From positions 5,040,347 to 5,104,346 of the forward strand of contig OZ220485.1 in the NCBI GenBank assembly GCA_965116065.1: DNA of 64,000 nt. Reading direction: 5' to 3'. The DNA comes from Bryobacterales bacterium. GTDB lineage: Bacteria > Acidobacteriota > Terriglobia > Bryobacterales > UBA6623. The notes below the pieces were generated by a model. It had not been told where the DNA came from and ran no database searches. It saw nothing but the letters and a program-made list of their open reading frames with translations. The position numbers were made by a program, and so were the translations under genes. Each line of letters opens with the position of its first letter. Within the stretch, counting starts at the first letter, position 1. Below are positions 9,376 through 18,412 of the stretch, piece after piece.

Positions 9376-9819
9376 ATGAAACCCGCGAGCTGGGCAGCAC
9401 TTCTGGCAGCCGTGAGTCTATCGGCAGCAGCCTGCCAGGGTGCGCCGGAAGGCCAGCGCAGCGACCGGGCGGAATCGTCCGGGGGCTCCGTGGCCAAGAC
9501 GAAGGAACTGAACGTGGAACAGGTGTCCGAACGACTGGCCGTCGGCGAGGAGATCACCCTGCTGGACGTGCGAACTCGCGAAGAACTCACAACCGACGGT
9601 GCGATCGAGGGATACCTGCACATTCCGATCGACGAGCTGGAGGCGCGACTGGCGGAAGTCCCGAAGGACAAGCCGATCGTGGCCTATTGACGGCGCGGCG
9701 GCAGGGCCTCCCGTGCGGCGGCCATCCTTCGCGACAACGGCTTTGAAGGTGAGATCCAGACCGGGGGCATTGAGGCCTGGAAGGCTGCCGGCAAGGCAGT
9801 GGTTCATCCGACGGAATAG
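9376..9819 (+). CDS. lipoprotein rhodanese-domain sulfurtransferase interrupted by an in-frame TGA (9688-9690) exactly at the catalytic Cys position; candidate selenoprotein or pseudogene
   Basis: Lipobox LSAAAC. The rhodanese fold reads LLDVRTREE...PIVAY-[TGA]-RRGGRASRAAAILRDNGF...GGIEAWKAAG. The frame continues open to TAG 9817-9819. Confidence 0.6.
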
Positions 9820-9878
9820 TCGCTGGTTCCGACGGCCGACAGGCATCTCCAGCACCGGACTGCTGCTATAGTCTGGCC

Positions 9879-11045
9879 ATGCTCCGCAGGCAGTTCCTGG
9901 CGGCATCCGCCGTGGCGGTTCTGCCCTTGCCCGCCGAGCCCCGCTACCGTGTGGGCGTGATCGGTGACACCGGGCGCGGGAACTACGGCCATGGCATCGA
10001 TAGCGTGTGGTCCGCCTTCCCGCAGGCCCGGGTAGTGGCGGTAGCCGACCCGGATCCCGAGGGCCGGGCCAAGGCCCGGAATCGCACCGGCGCTGCGACG
10101 GCGTATGCCGACTACCGCCAGCTGCTGGAGCACGAGAGACCGGACATCGTCAGCATCTGTCCCCGGCACACGGACCAGCGGCTGGCGATGGTTACGGCGG
10201 CAGCCCGCGCCGGCTGCCACATGTACCTGGAAAAACCGTTCGCGGCAACCCTCACGGATGCCGACCGGATGGTCGCGGCCATCCGCAAGGCCGGAGTCAA
10301 GGTCCAGGTCGCGCACCAGATGCGGCGGTCGCCCTTCACCCTGAAGGCCCTTGCACTGATCGAAGCCGGTGAGATCGGCGAGATTCACGAGGTGCGCGGT
10401 CGGGGCAAGGAGGACTTTCGGGCAGGTGGTGAGGATCTCGTGGTCCTCGGATCGCACATCTTCGACATGATGCGGGTGATTCTCGGTGACCCGCACTGGG
10501 TGTTCGCCCATATCACCACGGACGGCGAAGAACTCGAGTTCGACCATCTGACCACGCCCAGGGAGCCGATCGGACCGGTGGCAGGACGCCAGATGGCGGC
10601 CATGTTCTCGTTCGGCGACGGGCGACATGGCTTCTTCGGAACCAAGGAGTCCGGCGCCACGCATCCGTGGCGTTTCGGAACTCACATCTACGGCACCAAG
10701 GGCCGGATCTTCCTGCCCAACCAGATCTACAGTGCGAACTCGGAAGGGTTCATTCTGCGGAGTCCGGCGTGGGTGCCGGACACCGGAAACACCTGGAAGC
10801 GGCTCGCTCCCGAGCCCCGCAGTTTCGGCGACGAGCACTACCTGACAGCGAACGCGCTCATGGTGGAGGATCTGCTGGATGCCATCGAAAAGGACCGGGA
10901 ACCAGCCTGCAGCGAACGGGCGGGGCGCTGGACCATCGAGATGATCCAGGGCATGTACGGGTCGCAGATCGACCGGGCGGTCAAGGACTTTCCGCTGTCG
11001 GACCGGCAGCACCCGCTCGAGAACCTGCGCCATGCGCCGGCCTGA
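9879..11045 (+). CDS. Gfo/Idh/MocA-family oxidoreductase with TAT-like signal
   Basis: [10 protein letters not shown] leader. Rossmann motif [16 protein letters not shown]. Length is typical of the family. Confidence 0.85.
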   Translation: MLRRQFLAASAVAVLPLPAEPRYRVGVIGDTGRGNYGHGIDSVWSAFPQARVVAVADPDPEGRAKARNRTGAATAYADYRQLLEHERPDIVSICPRHTDQRLAMVTAAARAGCHMYLEKPFAATLTDADRMVAAIRKAGVKVQVAHQMRRSPFTLKALALIEAGEIGEIHEVRGRGKEDFRAGGEDLVVLGSHIFDMMRVILGDPHWVFAHITTDGEELEFDHLTTPREPIGPVAGRQMAAMFSFGDGRHGFFGTKESGATHPWRFGTHIYGTKGRIFLPNQIYSANSEGFILRSPAWVPDTGNTWKRLAPEPRSFGDEHYLTANALMVEDLLDAIEKDREPACSERAGRWTIEMIQGMYGSQIDRAVKDFPLSDRQHPLENLRHAPA

Positions 11046-11049
11046 GGGA

Positions 11050-11790
11050 CTAGATCACGCCGCGACGACCGCCGCTGCCGGCGAACCGGGGGTCCACATG
11101 GGCCCGGCGGTCCTTGTGGAACATCCGCCAGTTGTCGTAGACGACCTCCCCAACGTAGTAGGCATCACGGTAGAGGCTGTGCATCTGGGGCAGTTCCGAC
11201 TTGTCGCTGGGATGCCGCAGCTTGGGGCTGAGCACGAAATCCATATAGGTGAAAGCCTTGAAGTTCTGGCCGAAGAAGGCGATTGCAGAGATCGGACCCG
11301 GACATTCACGCCGAACGATCTCGGCGGCCTCTTCGGCGTCCGGATCATCGGAAAGATTCTCGAGGATCGCGCGGATCGCGGCAAGTTCGTCGGCTACGAC
11401 GGCCTTGCACGAATCGCTCCAGATCGAAAGACGCTGGCGGAGCCGCCCGAGGCGAGCTCTCGCGATGCCCAGGAGCACCACTGCGACCAGGGGAGGGAAA
11501 TAGCGCATCGCAAACCCCACCTCGGCCCAGTCCCCGACAGGGAAAGCTGCCCACCAAGCCAGGACGGCAATCGCGGCCACAAGGGCCACCACCCCTGGCA
11601 CAACCCGGGGAGTGACAACGAACCGCCAGAAGAACGACTCGAGATCGTCGCGGATCGTTGCAAGCGCCTCGCGGGCACGGGCTACGGCGTAATAGGACCT
11701 GTCCCAGCCCTCGTGTGCGGCTGCCGGCGCATAGCAGAGGACGAAGCGCTTGTCGACGGGGACAGGCTGCCCGCTGAAGCTGGAATTCAT
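11050..11790 (-). CDS. hypothetical membrane protein (about two TM helices)
   Basis: A 246-aa ORF with hydrophobic segments [18 protein letters not shown] and [12 protein letters not shown]. No recognisable family. Confidence 0.45.
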   Translation of the reverse strand: MNSSFSGQPVPVDKRFVLCYAPAAAHEGWDRSYYAVARAREALATIRDDLESFFWRFVVTPRVVPGVVALVAAIAVLAWWAAFPVGDWAEVGFAMRYFPPLVAVVLLGIARARLGRLRQRLSIWSDSCKAVVADELAAIRAILENLSDDPDAEEAAEIVRRECPGPISAIAFFGQNFKAFTYMDFVLSPKLRHPSDKSELPQMHSLYRDAYYVGEVVYDNWRMFHKDRRAHVDPRFAGSGGRRGVI

Positions 11791-12183
11791 GACACTACGG
11801 AACTGGACGCCCGCACGTCGCGGCCTGTGTCGCCAGAGTGCCTACGCGCTCCCTCGAAGATACCATATCGCAACCGGCAACGCTGTCCCGACGCCAAGCC
11901 GGTTCCGCGTCCGTCCGCGAGAAACCGGCATGGTGCAGCCAGACAACACCGGAGGTTGGGTGCGGCCAGAATGATGGGCTGGACGGGCGAGCCCACCGCA
12001 GCGATGCAACAGGGAACCGGATCCGGTCGCCGCGAGTGGACGCAGTATCGCTGGACTACGGAAGTTCGTCGATCCGCTGCCACATGGCACCGACGGACTG
12101 CTTCCGGCCGAGCAAACGGCCGGTGAAACCGAATATCGCTATACACTGACTGATGGCGACGGCAACTCCTCGCAGGCTGACCG

Positions 12184-13209
12184 ATGGCTCTCTCGACATC
12201 ACCCGAAACATGGAGGCCATTGACGGGGATGCCTCCGGAGGCCAGAAGCTGGGCCCGGACCGGTTCTCGGGATAACGAAAGCGAATGGGCCCTCATCCAG
12301 ACGAAACTGAAGAGCGGTCCACAGCGCCGGTTCATCGATGCATGGTTGCAGGAACGCGGCCGTCTCTTCGCCGTCGAGACCGGACAGATCGAGGGCCTGT
12401 ACACACTCCGGCGGGGAATTACGGAGCAGATCATCGTTGAAGGTCTCGCATCGGTAGCCGGTTCCCACACTCTCGAGAACATTGACGACGACACGATCCG
12501 CGGACTGCTCCAGGATCAGGAAACCGCCTACAACCTGCTTTTTTCCGATGTCGTGGATGCTGTTGGTCTTACCCAACACAAGATCAAGACCTGGCATCAG
12601 CTCCTAACGCAGCATCAGGAGACCGTGGCTGGACTGATGCCGGACGGGGACCGGATGCGTCGGGTGCAGGTGCCGTTTCGGGAGAAGGGACAGTGGAAGA
12701 CGATCCCAAACAATCCGCGTCGTACCGACGGCAGGATTCACGAATACTGTCCACCGGAACATGTCCAGGGAGAGATGGATCGGTTCATCGAACTGCACAG
12801 GGAGATCGAGGCCGCGCAGTATCCGGTGGAGACCGAAGCGGCGTGGATGCACCATCGCTTCGTGCGCACTCATCCCTTCCGGGACGGCAACGGTCGCGTC
12901 TCGCGCATGCTGATGGCTTACGCCTACATCAGGAGGGGGTTGCCCCCTCCCATCGTTTCCAGCACCAACCGCCCGGCCTACATTCGATCACTCGAAATGG
13001 CGGACCGCGGGAACCTCAAGCCATTCAACGATTTCCTGCACGTATACGCCACAGCCACCCTGCAGGAGGCCATTGCCATCGGCAATCTCGCGCTGGAGGG
13101 TCATCTGGAACGGCCCAATGGCAACGGTGGTCGCACCGTAGTGGACAAGTATCAACCGCCGGGCGAAGGAGAAACCGACCGGATTCGCGAGCACCTTGGG
13201 GAGGGATGA
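12184..13209 (+). CDS. Fic-family protein (class II, intramolecular inhibitory motif)
   Basis: Fic motif HPFRDGNGRVSR. The upstream SHTLEN matches the (S/T)xxxE(G/N) inhibitory-helix motif. The exact start is uncertain. Confidence 0.85.
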   Translation: MALSTSPETWRPLTGMPPEARSWARTGSRDNESEWALIQTKLKSGPQRRFIDAWLQERGRLFAVETGQIEGLYTLRRGITEQIIVEGLASVAGSHTLENIDDDTIRGLLQDQETAYNLLFSDVVDAVGLTQHKIKTWHQLLTQHQETVAGLMPDGDRMRRVQVPFREKGQWKTIPNNPRRTDGRIHEYCPPEHVQGEMDRFIELHREIEAAQYPVETEAAWMHHRFVRTHPFRDGNGRVSRMLMAYAYIRRGLPPPIVSSTNRPAYIRSLEMADRGNLKPFNDFLHVYATATLQEAIAIGNLALEGHLERPNGNGGRTVVDKYQPPGEGETDRIREHLGEG

Positions 13210-13546
13210 TGACCCTCCGGGATCGAGCAGGCACCCGTCCAAGTGACCGTAGTTTTTTTGATTATGAACGATATGGCGACAGTCTGGTGGCACGAGAGGC
13301 GGTGAACCCTGACAGCAACGGGCCAGCATCCGGCCGAGTGAGTCCGATCAGGGGCAATCTCCGCATCGAGAGTCGTGCAAGATCCACAAGAGAAGCAACA
13401 GCAGATCGGTCACCCTCCAATCAGCGAGATCAGAATCGACATCCAGTGCCATGACGAAAGCGCCAGACCCCGCGCGACCTGGAACGTTCGTGATGTACGT
13501 GACCGGTCGGCAAGCGGGCGATGGCATCGGGTGAAGTGGTCGCAGG

Positions 13547-14211
13547 CTACCGGGATCGCCTTTCTCCGGTGACCAGATCGTACCTCCACTCCGTGACGAT
13601 GGCGTGGCGTGGCCGCCAAGCCGCACCAGAGGCGAACGACTCGAACTGATACGCCCCCTTGAGTGCGTGACCGGACGCGAAACGCCAGCGAAATCCGAGC
13701 CTCGATCGGGTCCGAACGAAGCCTTCCCGCCGGAAAGCCAGCGACTGATGGAACCACGGCGAAATCGGAGCACTGGGTCGTTCCATGTCAACCTGCTGGC
13801 GGTAGCGGTTAAAGTCGAGGATGTCCGGTCGGCCGAAATGACGCTCGTACAGCGTGGTGCCCACCACAGTCAGGGCCCGCTGGAGGATCGGATACCTCAG
13901 GCCTGCAACCAATCGGTGGTCCGAGCCGAAGCCGAATTCCGGCAGGACCTGCTCCCGCAGGATGTAGTCGAGCCGCAGATCCACGTCATCCGAAAGCGCC
14001 ACTGCCAACTTCGCCGTGGCTCGTCGATCATACAGGCTCCGCAGCGACTCGCGGATACGGGCAACCCCACCTACCGTTACTTCCACCGGGTCCGTGTCAA
14101 GGATCCTGACGTCTACGTCCGACCAGGACTCCAGATCACCTGCCACCAGTGATGGTGTCGTCAGCAGATACAGACACAACAGCAGGCCCTGAACCGGGAC
14201 GGATCGGCCAT
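13547..14211 (-). CDS. DUF2490-like outer-membrane protein, probably frameshifted in its signal peptide
   Basis: The body (...RLDYILREQVLPEFGFGSDHRLVAGLRYP...GHALKGAYQFE...) resembles DUF2490. The only good start is ATG 14209-14211 (MADPSRFRA), which sits one frame off. Joining it needs a 1-nt shift near 14185 to reach LLLCLYLLTTPSLVAG. Confidence 0.45.
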
Positions 14212-14562
14212 GAGTACGGGAACACCGTCCGTCGTCCGTGCAGGTCCGGTCCCGTCCTTTCCGGCCAGCGCGACACGAAGCGGTTGTTCTACGGCGCACT
14301 CCAGATCCAAGGCGACGCACCGTGCACCGGATGGATACCCAGCCTAGTCGTCCCGAGCCGACCAAGACTCCCCCCTCGGCTGCAGTCCGTTCAGTGTCCG
14401 CACCGCCCATCTCGCACCGGCTCCGGGCGTTGCCGGGCCCGAAGCCGCCATCCCACCAGCCTGAATCCTCCTGCCGCGGATGGTGTTGGCGGATTTCGCC
14501 ATCGTACCAGTACCCGGGGAGGTCCGCACCGCAATGCCCCCGCAGGGGTAGAATGCACGGCA

Positions 14563-15354
14563 ATGCAACACCTGCCGGAGCAGCTTCGTGACTGCCGGAT
14601 GATCGATTTGGCGCAACCCTACTACGTGGGCATGCCGCACCACCCGAATCACCCTCCCTATCTGTATGGCCTGAGCAAGGCTCATGGCGAGATTCGCCGG
14701 CAGGGAGTCAGCGCGGCAGCGGAATCCATCGCCTTCGGGGGCCATGTCGGCACCCACATCGACGCCCTCTGCCACTTTTCCTACAAGGGCAAGTTGTTCG
14801 GAGGGGTCGACGCCATCGGCTGCCAGTCCTACGGAACTGGACTCTCCGAACACCATGTCGACACGATAGAGCCGATCTTCCGGCGCGGCGTCCTGGCCGA
14901 CATCGCCGCCACCCAAGGTGTCGATGTGCTGACGGAGGATTTCGTCGTGGACGCTGACTGCCTTGCGACGGCCATGGACCGCGCGGAGATCGAGATCCGG
15001 ACGGGCGACATCGTTCTGGTCCGGACGGGCTGGGCCCGCTACTGGGGTGAACCGGGCCGGTTCATCAACGGCCTGCGCAATCCCGGAGTGAACCGGGAGG
15101 CTGCCGAGTGGCTGAGCAGGAAGGGTGTGTTCGCGGGAGGATCCGACACCGTCGCCTTCGAGTTCCAGCCGGCACCGACCATGCCGGTACATGTTCACCT
15201 GCTCGTGGAGAGCGGCGTTCACATCATCGAGGCACTCAATCTCGAGGAGCTCTCGTCGGAGGGTGTTCACGAGTTCCTGTTCGTGGCCTCGCCGTTGCGT
15301 ATCCAAGGCGGGACAGGCTCTCCGATTCGGCCCGTGGCGCTATTTCCGGGCTGA
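14563..15354 (+). CDS. cyclase-family protein (kynurenine formamidase-like)
   Basis: Start MQHLPEQL at ATG 14563. Motif GGHVGTHIDALCHF (HxGTHxDxxxH). Confidence 0.8.
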   Translation: MQHLPEQLRDCRMIDLAQPYYVGMPHHPNHPPYLYGLSKAHGEIRRQGVSAAAESIAFGGHVGTHIDALCHFSYKGKLFGGVDAIGCQSYGTGLSEHHVDTIEPIFRRGVLADIAATQGVDVLTEDFVVDADCLATAMDRAEIEIRTGDIVLVRTGWARYWGEPGRFINGLRNPGVNREAAEWLSRKGVFAGGSDTVAFEFQPAPTMPVHVHLLVESGVHIIEALNLEELSSEGVHEFLFVASPLRIQGGTGSPIRPVALFPG

Positions 15355-15485
15355 ACTCCACGGAATGGACTTCAGCCGGGATGCAGATCAGCAGATTCGT
15401 ACTCAAGTAAGTGACTGTTTTTACGGAGTTTGCGGAACCACTGCCCGGCCTTTGGAAAAAAATATACAGATTTTCGGATTTTGGC

Positions 15486-15514
15486 TTGCCATATCGTATG
15501 AAATCCTGTATCGT
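15486..15514 (+). promoter_or_regulatory. candidate sigma70-type promoter
   Basis: TTGCCA (15486-15491), a 17-nt spacer, then TATCGT (15509-15514), all within a local AT-rich patch. Confidence 0.3.
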
Positions 15515-15519
15515 AATGA

Positions 15520-15633
15520 GTGCCGGGGGGGTTAACCCCACCAACGCATACTAATCCTCAACCAAGACCCCTGAAACCACCCCTCCGGCACCTATCTCGA
15601 AACGCCGGGCCACTCGCGTGGCCCGGCGTTTCT
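15520..15633 (+). ncRNA. candidate small RNA (~110 nt), family unknown
   Basis: It starts just after the candidate promoter. A closing stem pairs GUGCCGG (15520-15526) with CCGGCAC (15585-15591). An inner hairpin is GGGG-UUAA-CCCC (15528-15539). A G-poor, C-rich stretch follows, with CCCCUCC, and a terminal hairpin lies at 15600-15631. No ORF. Confidence 0.3.
15600..15631. terminator. perfect 14-bp hairpin (possible bidirectional terminator)
   Basis: aaacgccgggccac-tcgc-gtggcccggcgttt. The T/A runs on both sides are short. Confidence 0.4.
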
Positions 15634-15973
15634 GGTATGTAGCCCGGCTCCCGCAATCGTGGTTGTCATGCGGCTCCCCTGCCATGCTGTCAGTGCCGCT
15701 CAGCGGGTCTCCTGTACGGGATCTTCCTCGAGTAACTGACCGCCAATCTCCAGGATCCGAAGGAATCAACGAGGGCCGCAATAGTCCCGTGGCCCCGGGG
15801 AGGCTCGTGTCGCGTCAAGCGACGATCTTTGGGTAGTCGACCCTGCGTTCGCGACGGGCATCGGCACCGGACGCTGGCCGGTTTGGTCGCGCCGCCTTGC
15901 TGCTTCTCCCACGTCCGAACGGCACGTGTTCCTGCAACGCACCACTCACGGAACACTGTGCACCTGCAACGAG

Positions 15974-16006
15974 CAAGAAAAAGGGGAGCGGTATTTCCCG
16001 CTCCCC
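15974..16006 (-). terminator. rho-independent terminator of the minus-strand gene ending at 16041
   Basis: On the minus strand the 9-bp stem GGGGAGCGG / CCGCTCCCC with a 6-nt loop is followed by TTTTTCTTGC. Confidence 0.6.
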
Positions 16007-16040
16007 CGGACAGTTCACATGGTGCCTTGGCCACCAGTCC

Positions 16041-16640
16041 CTATGGACGGTCCGCGCCAAAGGCTCCCTTGAGGGCCAGCTTCCGGAGCGTCGCCGGGGT
16101 GGTCTTCGCATCCGTGCCGAAGACGATGTCGGGAAGATCCGCCACCGCACTTCCTTGTCGGCATGGTACTGGCAGTCGCCCGTCTCCACCGACCGCAGGT
16201 CACTCAGCACCGTCGTGACACGTCCACCCACGATGGCCTTCTGGGTGGCTGCATCAAGTTGGGCGGGGGTGACTCTCTCTCGTGGGCCCGGTACCAGCGC
16301 AACTCGAAACTCGTCGCGCCCTCGCAGGCGGCCTGACTGCCCATGTAGGTGAAGTCGCCGCGTTTGGCATGAAGTGCATCCGTCATGAGGCCCAGATACG
16401 CCACTGTCTCGCCCGTATAGGTCGCCCGACCGCCCAGCGGCAACTTGTCCCGCCACTGGGCCATTGCCACCGGCAGCGGGCTGTAGGCGAACGACTCCAA
16501 CTCCCGATGGAACCAGTTGTTCCCCCGCAGCGGGTTCTGCGCCCACTGGATCCGCCACGCCCCGAATCGCGTGTAGTCCGTCGTCCCCACCGATGCCTTG
16601 ATCCGCCCAAGCGCCTGGCGCGTCGTCTTCCGCTTCGCCG
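16041..16640 (-). pseudogene. frameshifted hypothetical gene (three reading-frame segments)
   Basis: Protein-like segments lie in three frames. First: ...GTTDYTRFGAWRIQWAQNPL...GGRATYTGETVAYLG...GDFTYMGSQ. Second: VTPAQLDAATQKAIVGGRVTTVLSDLRSVETGDCQYHADKE. Third: DLPDIVFGTDAKTTPATLRKLALKGAFGADRP-stop (TAG 16041-16043). Family not recognised. Confidence 0.4.
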
Positions 16641-16687
16641 ACGGTAACGTTTACGATGTGGAAGTGGTCGACTGCCACCGCAGCTGA
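16577..16687 (+). pseudogene. higB: higB (RelE/ParE-superfamily killer protein) 3' remnant
   Basis: ...IRPSAWRVVFRFADGNVYDVEVVDCHRS-stop matches the HigB C-terminus (WRIxFRWxDGxxYDVExVDYH). An in-frame TAG at 16574-16576 and the lack of any N-terminal part show it is truncated. Confidence 0.6.
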
Positions 16688-16693
16688 TTCCCC

Positions 16694-17377
16694 ATGACAC
16701 TCCACGAACAGGACGGCTCCATCCCCCCCGAGCAACTCCAGACGCTCCTCTCCTCCATCCGTCGCTCTCCGTCCCACCCCGGTCGCTTCCTCCTCGAAGC
16801 CGCCCACAACAAATCCCTCAGCCTCCCCCAGGCCGCCCGCCAGATCGGCGTCGACGTCGCCTCACTCTCCCGCATTACCGAGGGCCGCGCCCCGGTAAGA
16901 CCCCAACTCGCCCTCCGCCTCGAAACGGCTGGCTGGGCCAGCGCCCATACCTGGCTCCGCCTGCAAACTCAGTACGACCTCGCCCAAGCACGCCGCAATC
17001 GCAAAGCCGCCTGGCCCTCCCGGCTCCGTCCACGCGCCCGCAAATCTCATCACCCACCTCGAAACCAGGCAGGGCCGCCATCGGCCGCGCTCCAGCGCGT
17101 CCCGTGTGTAGGAGAAACCTGGGCGCCGTATTGGGGAACGGGCTATTGCCAATTCCGGGACTTGGTGGATCCGCCCAGCCATTCGAGGACGGGGACCGTC
17201 TCGAAGCCGTGGCCATCGTGTTGGATGGACAGGTGGGCCGGCCCCACGAACCGCGCGGCTCAGGCCCGGAGTCCAGCAGGACGGGCTCGCGACCCGCTCC
17301 ACGATCTCGACAGAAGTGGTTTCCTCGAGAACCCGATTTCAGCGCCACAGCCGCTGCATTCGGATCCCGCCAGCTAA
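16694..17377 (+). CDS. higA: HigA-family XRE antitoxin (HTH in first ~100 aa) with an abnormal long C-terminal tail
   Basis: HPGRFLLEA...SLSLPQAARQIGVDVASLSRITEGRAPVRPQLALRLE...WLRLQTQYDLAQAR is HigA-like. The remaining ~125 aa are Pro/Arg-rich and run into the tandem array. Confidence 0.65.
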   Translation: MTLHEQDGSIPPEQLQTLLSSIRRSPSHPGRFLLEAAHNKSLSLPQAARQIGVDVASLSRITEGRAPVRPQLALRLETAGWASAHTWLRLQTQYDLAQARRNRKAAWPSRLRPRARKSHHPPRNQAGPPSAALQRVPCVGETWAPYWGTGYCQFRDLVDPPSHSRTGTVSKPWPSCWMDRWAGPTNRAAQARSPAGRARDPLHDLDRSGFLENPISAPQPLHSDPAS

Positions 17378-17739
17378 ACCCACAGACGGACCAGGATGCC
17401 CAGAACCGTCACCGCTACGGGCACCATCCAGAGCAGCATCCGCAGCTTGGTGTCAAGCGCGGCCAACTGCCCGGCCTGTTGCGCGCTCATGGTCTCGATG
17501 CGCGCATTCTGGGTGTCCAGCTTGCCCTCGAAGCTTGCATTCTGGGCGTCCAGCTTGGACTCGAAACTTGCATTCTGGATGTCCAGCTTGGACTCGAAAC
17601 GCGCGATCAGGTTCGCCGCCGCCATGTTCTCGACCTCCTGTACCAGAGTATATGCCTCTTCGTCGTCCAGTCCCAGCTTGCGGAACAGCAGGAAAACCCG
17701 CTTGGGGTCAGGATCCGGAGGGGGCGTTGGCGTGGACAT
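17374..17739 (-). CDS. small tail-anchored coiled-coil protein (DUF1640/XhlA-like architecture), copy A1
   Basis: The 121-aa protein has an MSTPTPPPDPDP...LGLDDEEAYTLVQEVENMAAANLIARFE head. Three 11-aa repeats follow (ESKLDIQNASF and variants). The C-terminal TM is LLWMVPVAVTVLGILVRLWV. Confidence 0.6.
   Translation of the reverse strand: MSTPTPPPDPDPKRVFLLFRKLGLDDEEAYTLVQEVENMAAANLIARFESKLDIQNASFESKLDAQNASFEGKLDTQNARIETMSAQQAGQLAALDTKLRMLLWMVPVAVTVLGILVRLWV
17500..17598. repeat. 3 x 33-bp in-frame tandem repeat inside copy A1
   Basis: The units lie at 17500-17532, 17533-17565 and 17566-17598. Copy A2 has one unit (18539-18571). Copy A3 has two (19498-19563). Confidence 0.85.
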
Positions 17740-17958
17740 GTGCGGAACACCATCCTAACGAGAGTCCACCGAGTCGGTCGCAACCTCGCTGGCGGATGGA
17801 TTCCCTGTTGCGCCTCTGAGCGCGATCCGGCATCGGGAATGGCCCGCCCGGGTGCCGTCGGGCACTCCTACCCCGGCCGTCAACCGTTACGGGCGTATTC
17901 TGACCGACCCCAAGACAGTGCTGCTCCGAGAGCAGCCCGAAAGGCTCTCTGCAGTGTT

Positions 17959-18228
17959 TCACTGGCCGAAGATAAGATAGAAGATCCTCGCAGCCAAGCC
18001 GAGCATGGTGGTACCGAAGATCGCCACAAGCACCACCAGCAGCCAGCGGGTCGAATCCAGCGTGGACTCGAAACGGGCAATCAGGATATCGACCGCCAGG
18101 TTCTCCAACCCTTGAACGAGAGTGTACGCCTGCCCGCCTTCAAGACCCCTTGGCGGGCAAGTTCGCACCACTGCCTCTGCCACTCCCGCCTCGTCAGGCC
18201 CCAAGAGCATGCCGCCAGCCAGGATCAC
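17959..18228 (-). CDS. small tail-anchored protein, paralog B1 (short relative of gene A)
   Basis: ...GQAYTLVQGLENLAVDILIARFESTLDSTRW plus the TM LLVVLVAIFGTTMLGLAARIFYLIF. The start is GTG 18228 or ATG 18210. Confidence 0.4.
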   Translation of the reverse strand: MILAGGMLLGPDEAGVAEAVVRTCPPRGLEGGQAYTLVQGLENLAVDILIARFESTLDSTRWLLVVLVAIFGTTMLGLAARIFYLIFGQ

Positions 18229-18412
18229 GAACCAATTCCCGGACTTGGGGGATCCGCCCAGTCGTTCGAGGAAGGGAACCGGTTCAGATCCCCGACCGTC
18301 GCGTTGTACGGTCGGTCTCGCGACCCGCTTTGGATATCTACGGTCTCGACAGAACCGGTTTCTTGGAGAACCCGATCTCAGCGCCACAGGCGCGTCATTC
18401 GGCTCCCGCCAG

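Noticed and set aside
9691-9740. A canonical bacterial SECIS hairpin right after the rhodanese TGA.
   Set aside because: By hand I find only a short stem with a bulge and a 3-5-nt loop. It lacks the usual apical GG/U features. The selenoprotein idea is therefore kept as a hypothesis only, with pseudogene as the alternative.
15815-16807. A 330-aa minus-strand ORF taken at face value.
   Set aside because: Only its middle part is protein-like. The N- and C-terminal protein-like parts lie in the two other frames, so the region is better explained as one frameshifted gene (16041-16640).
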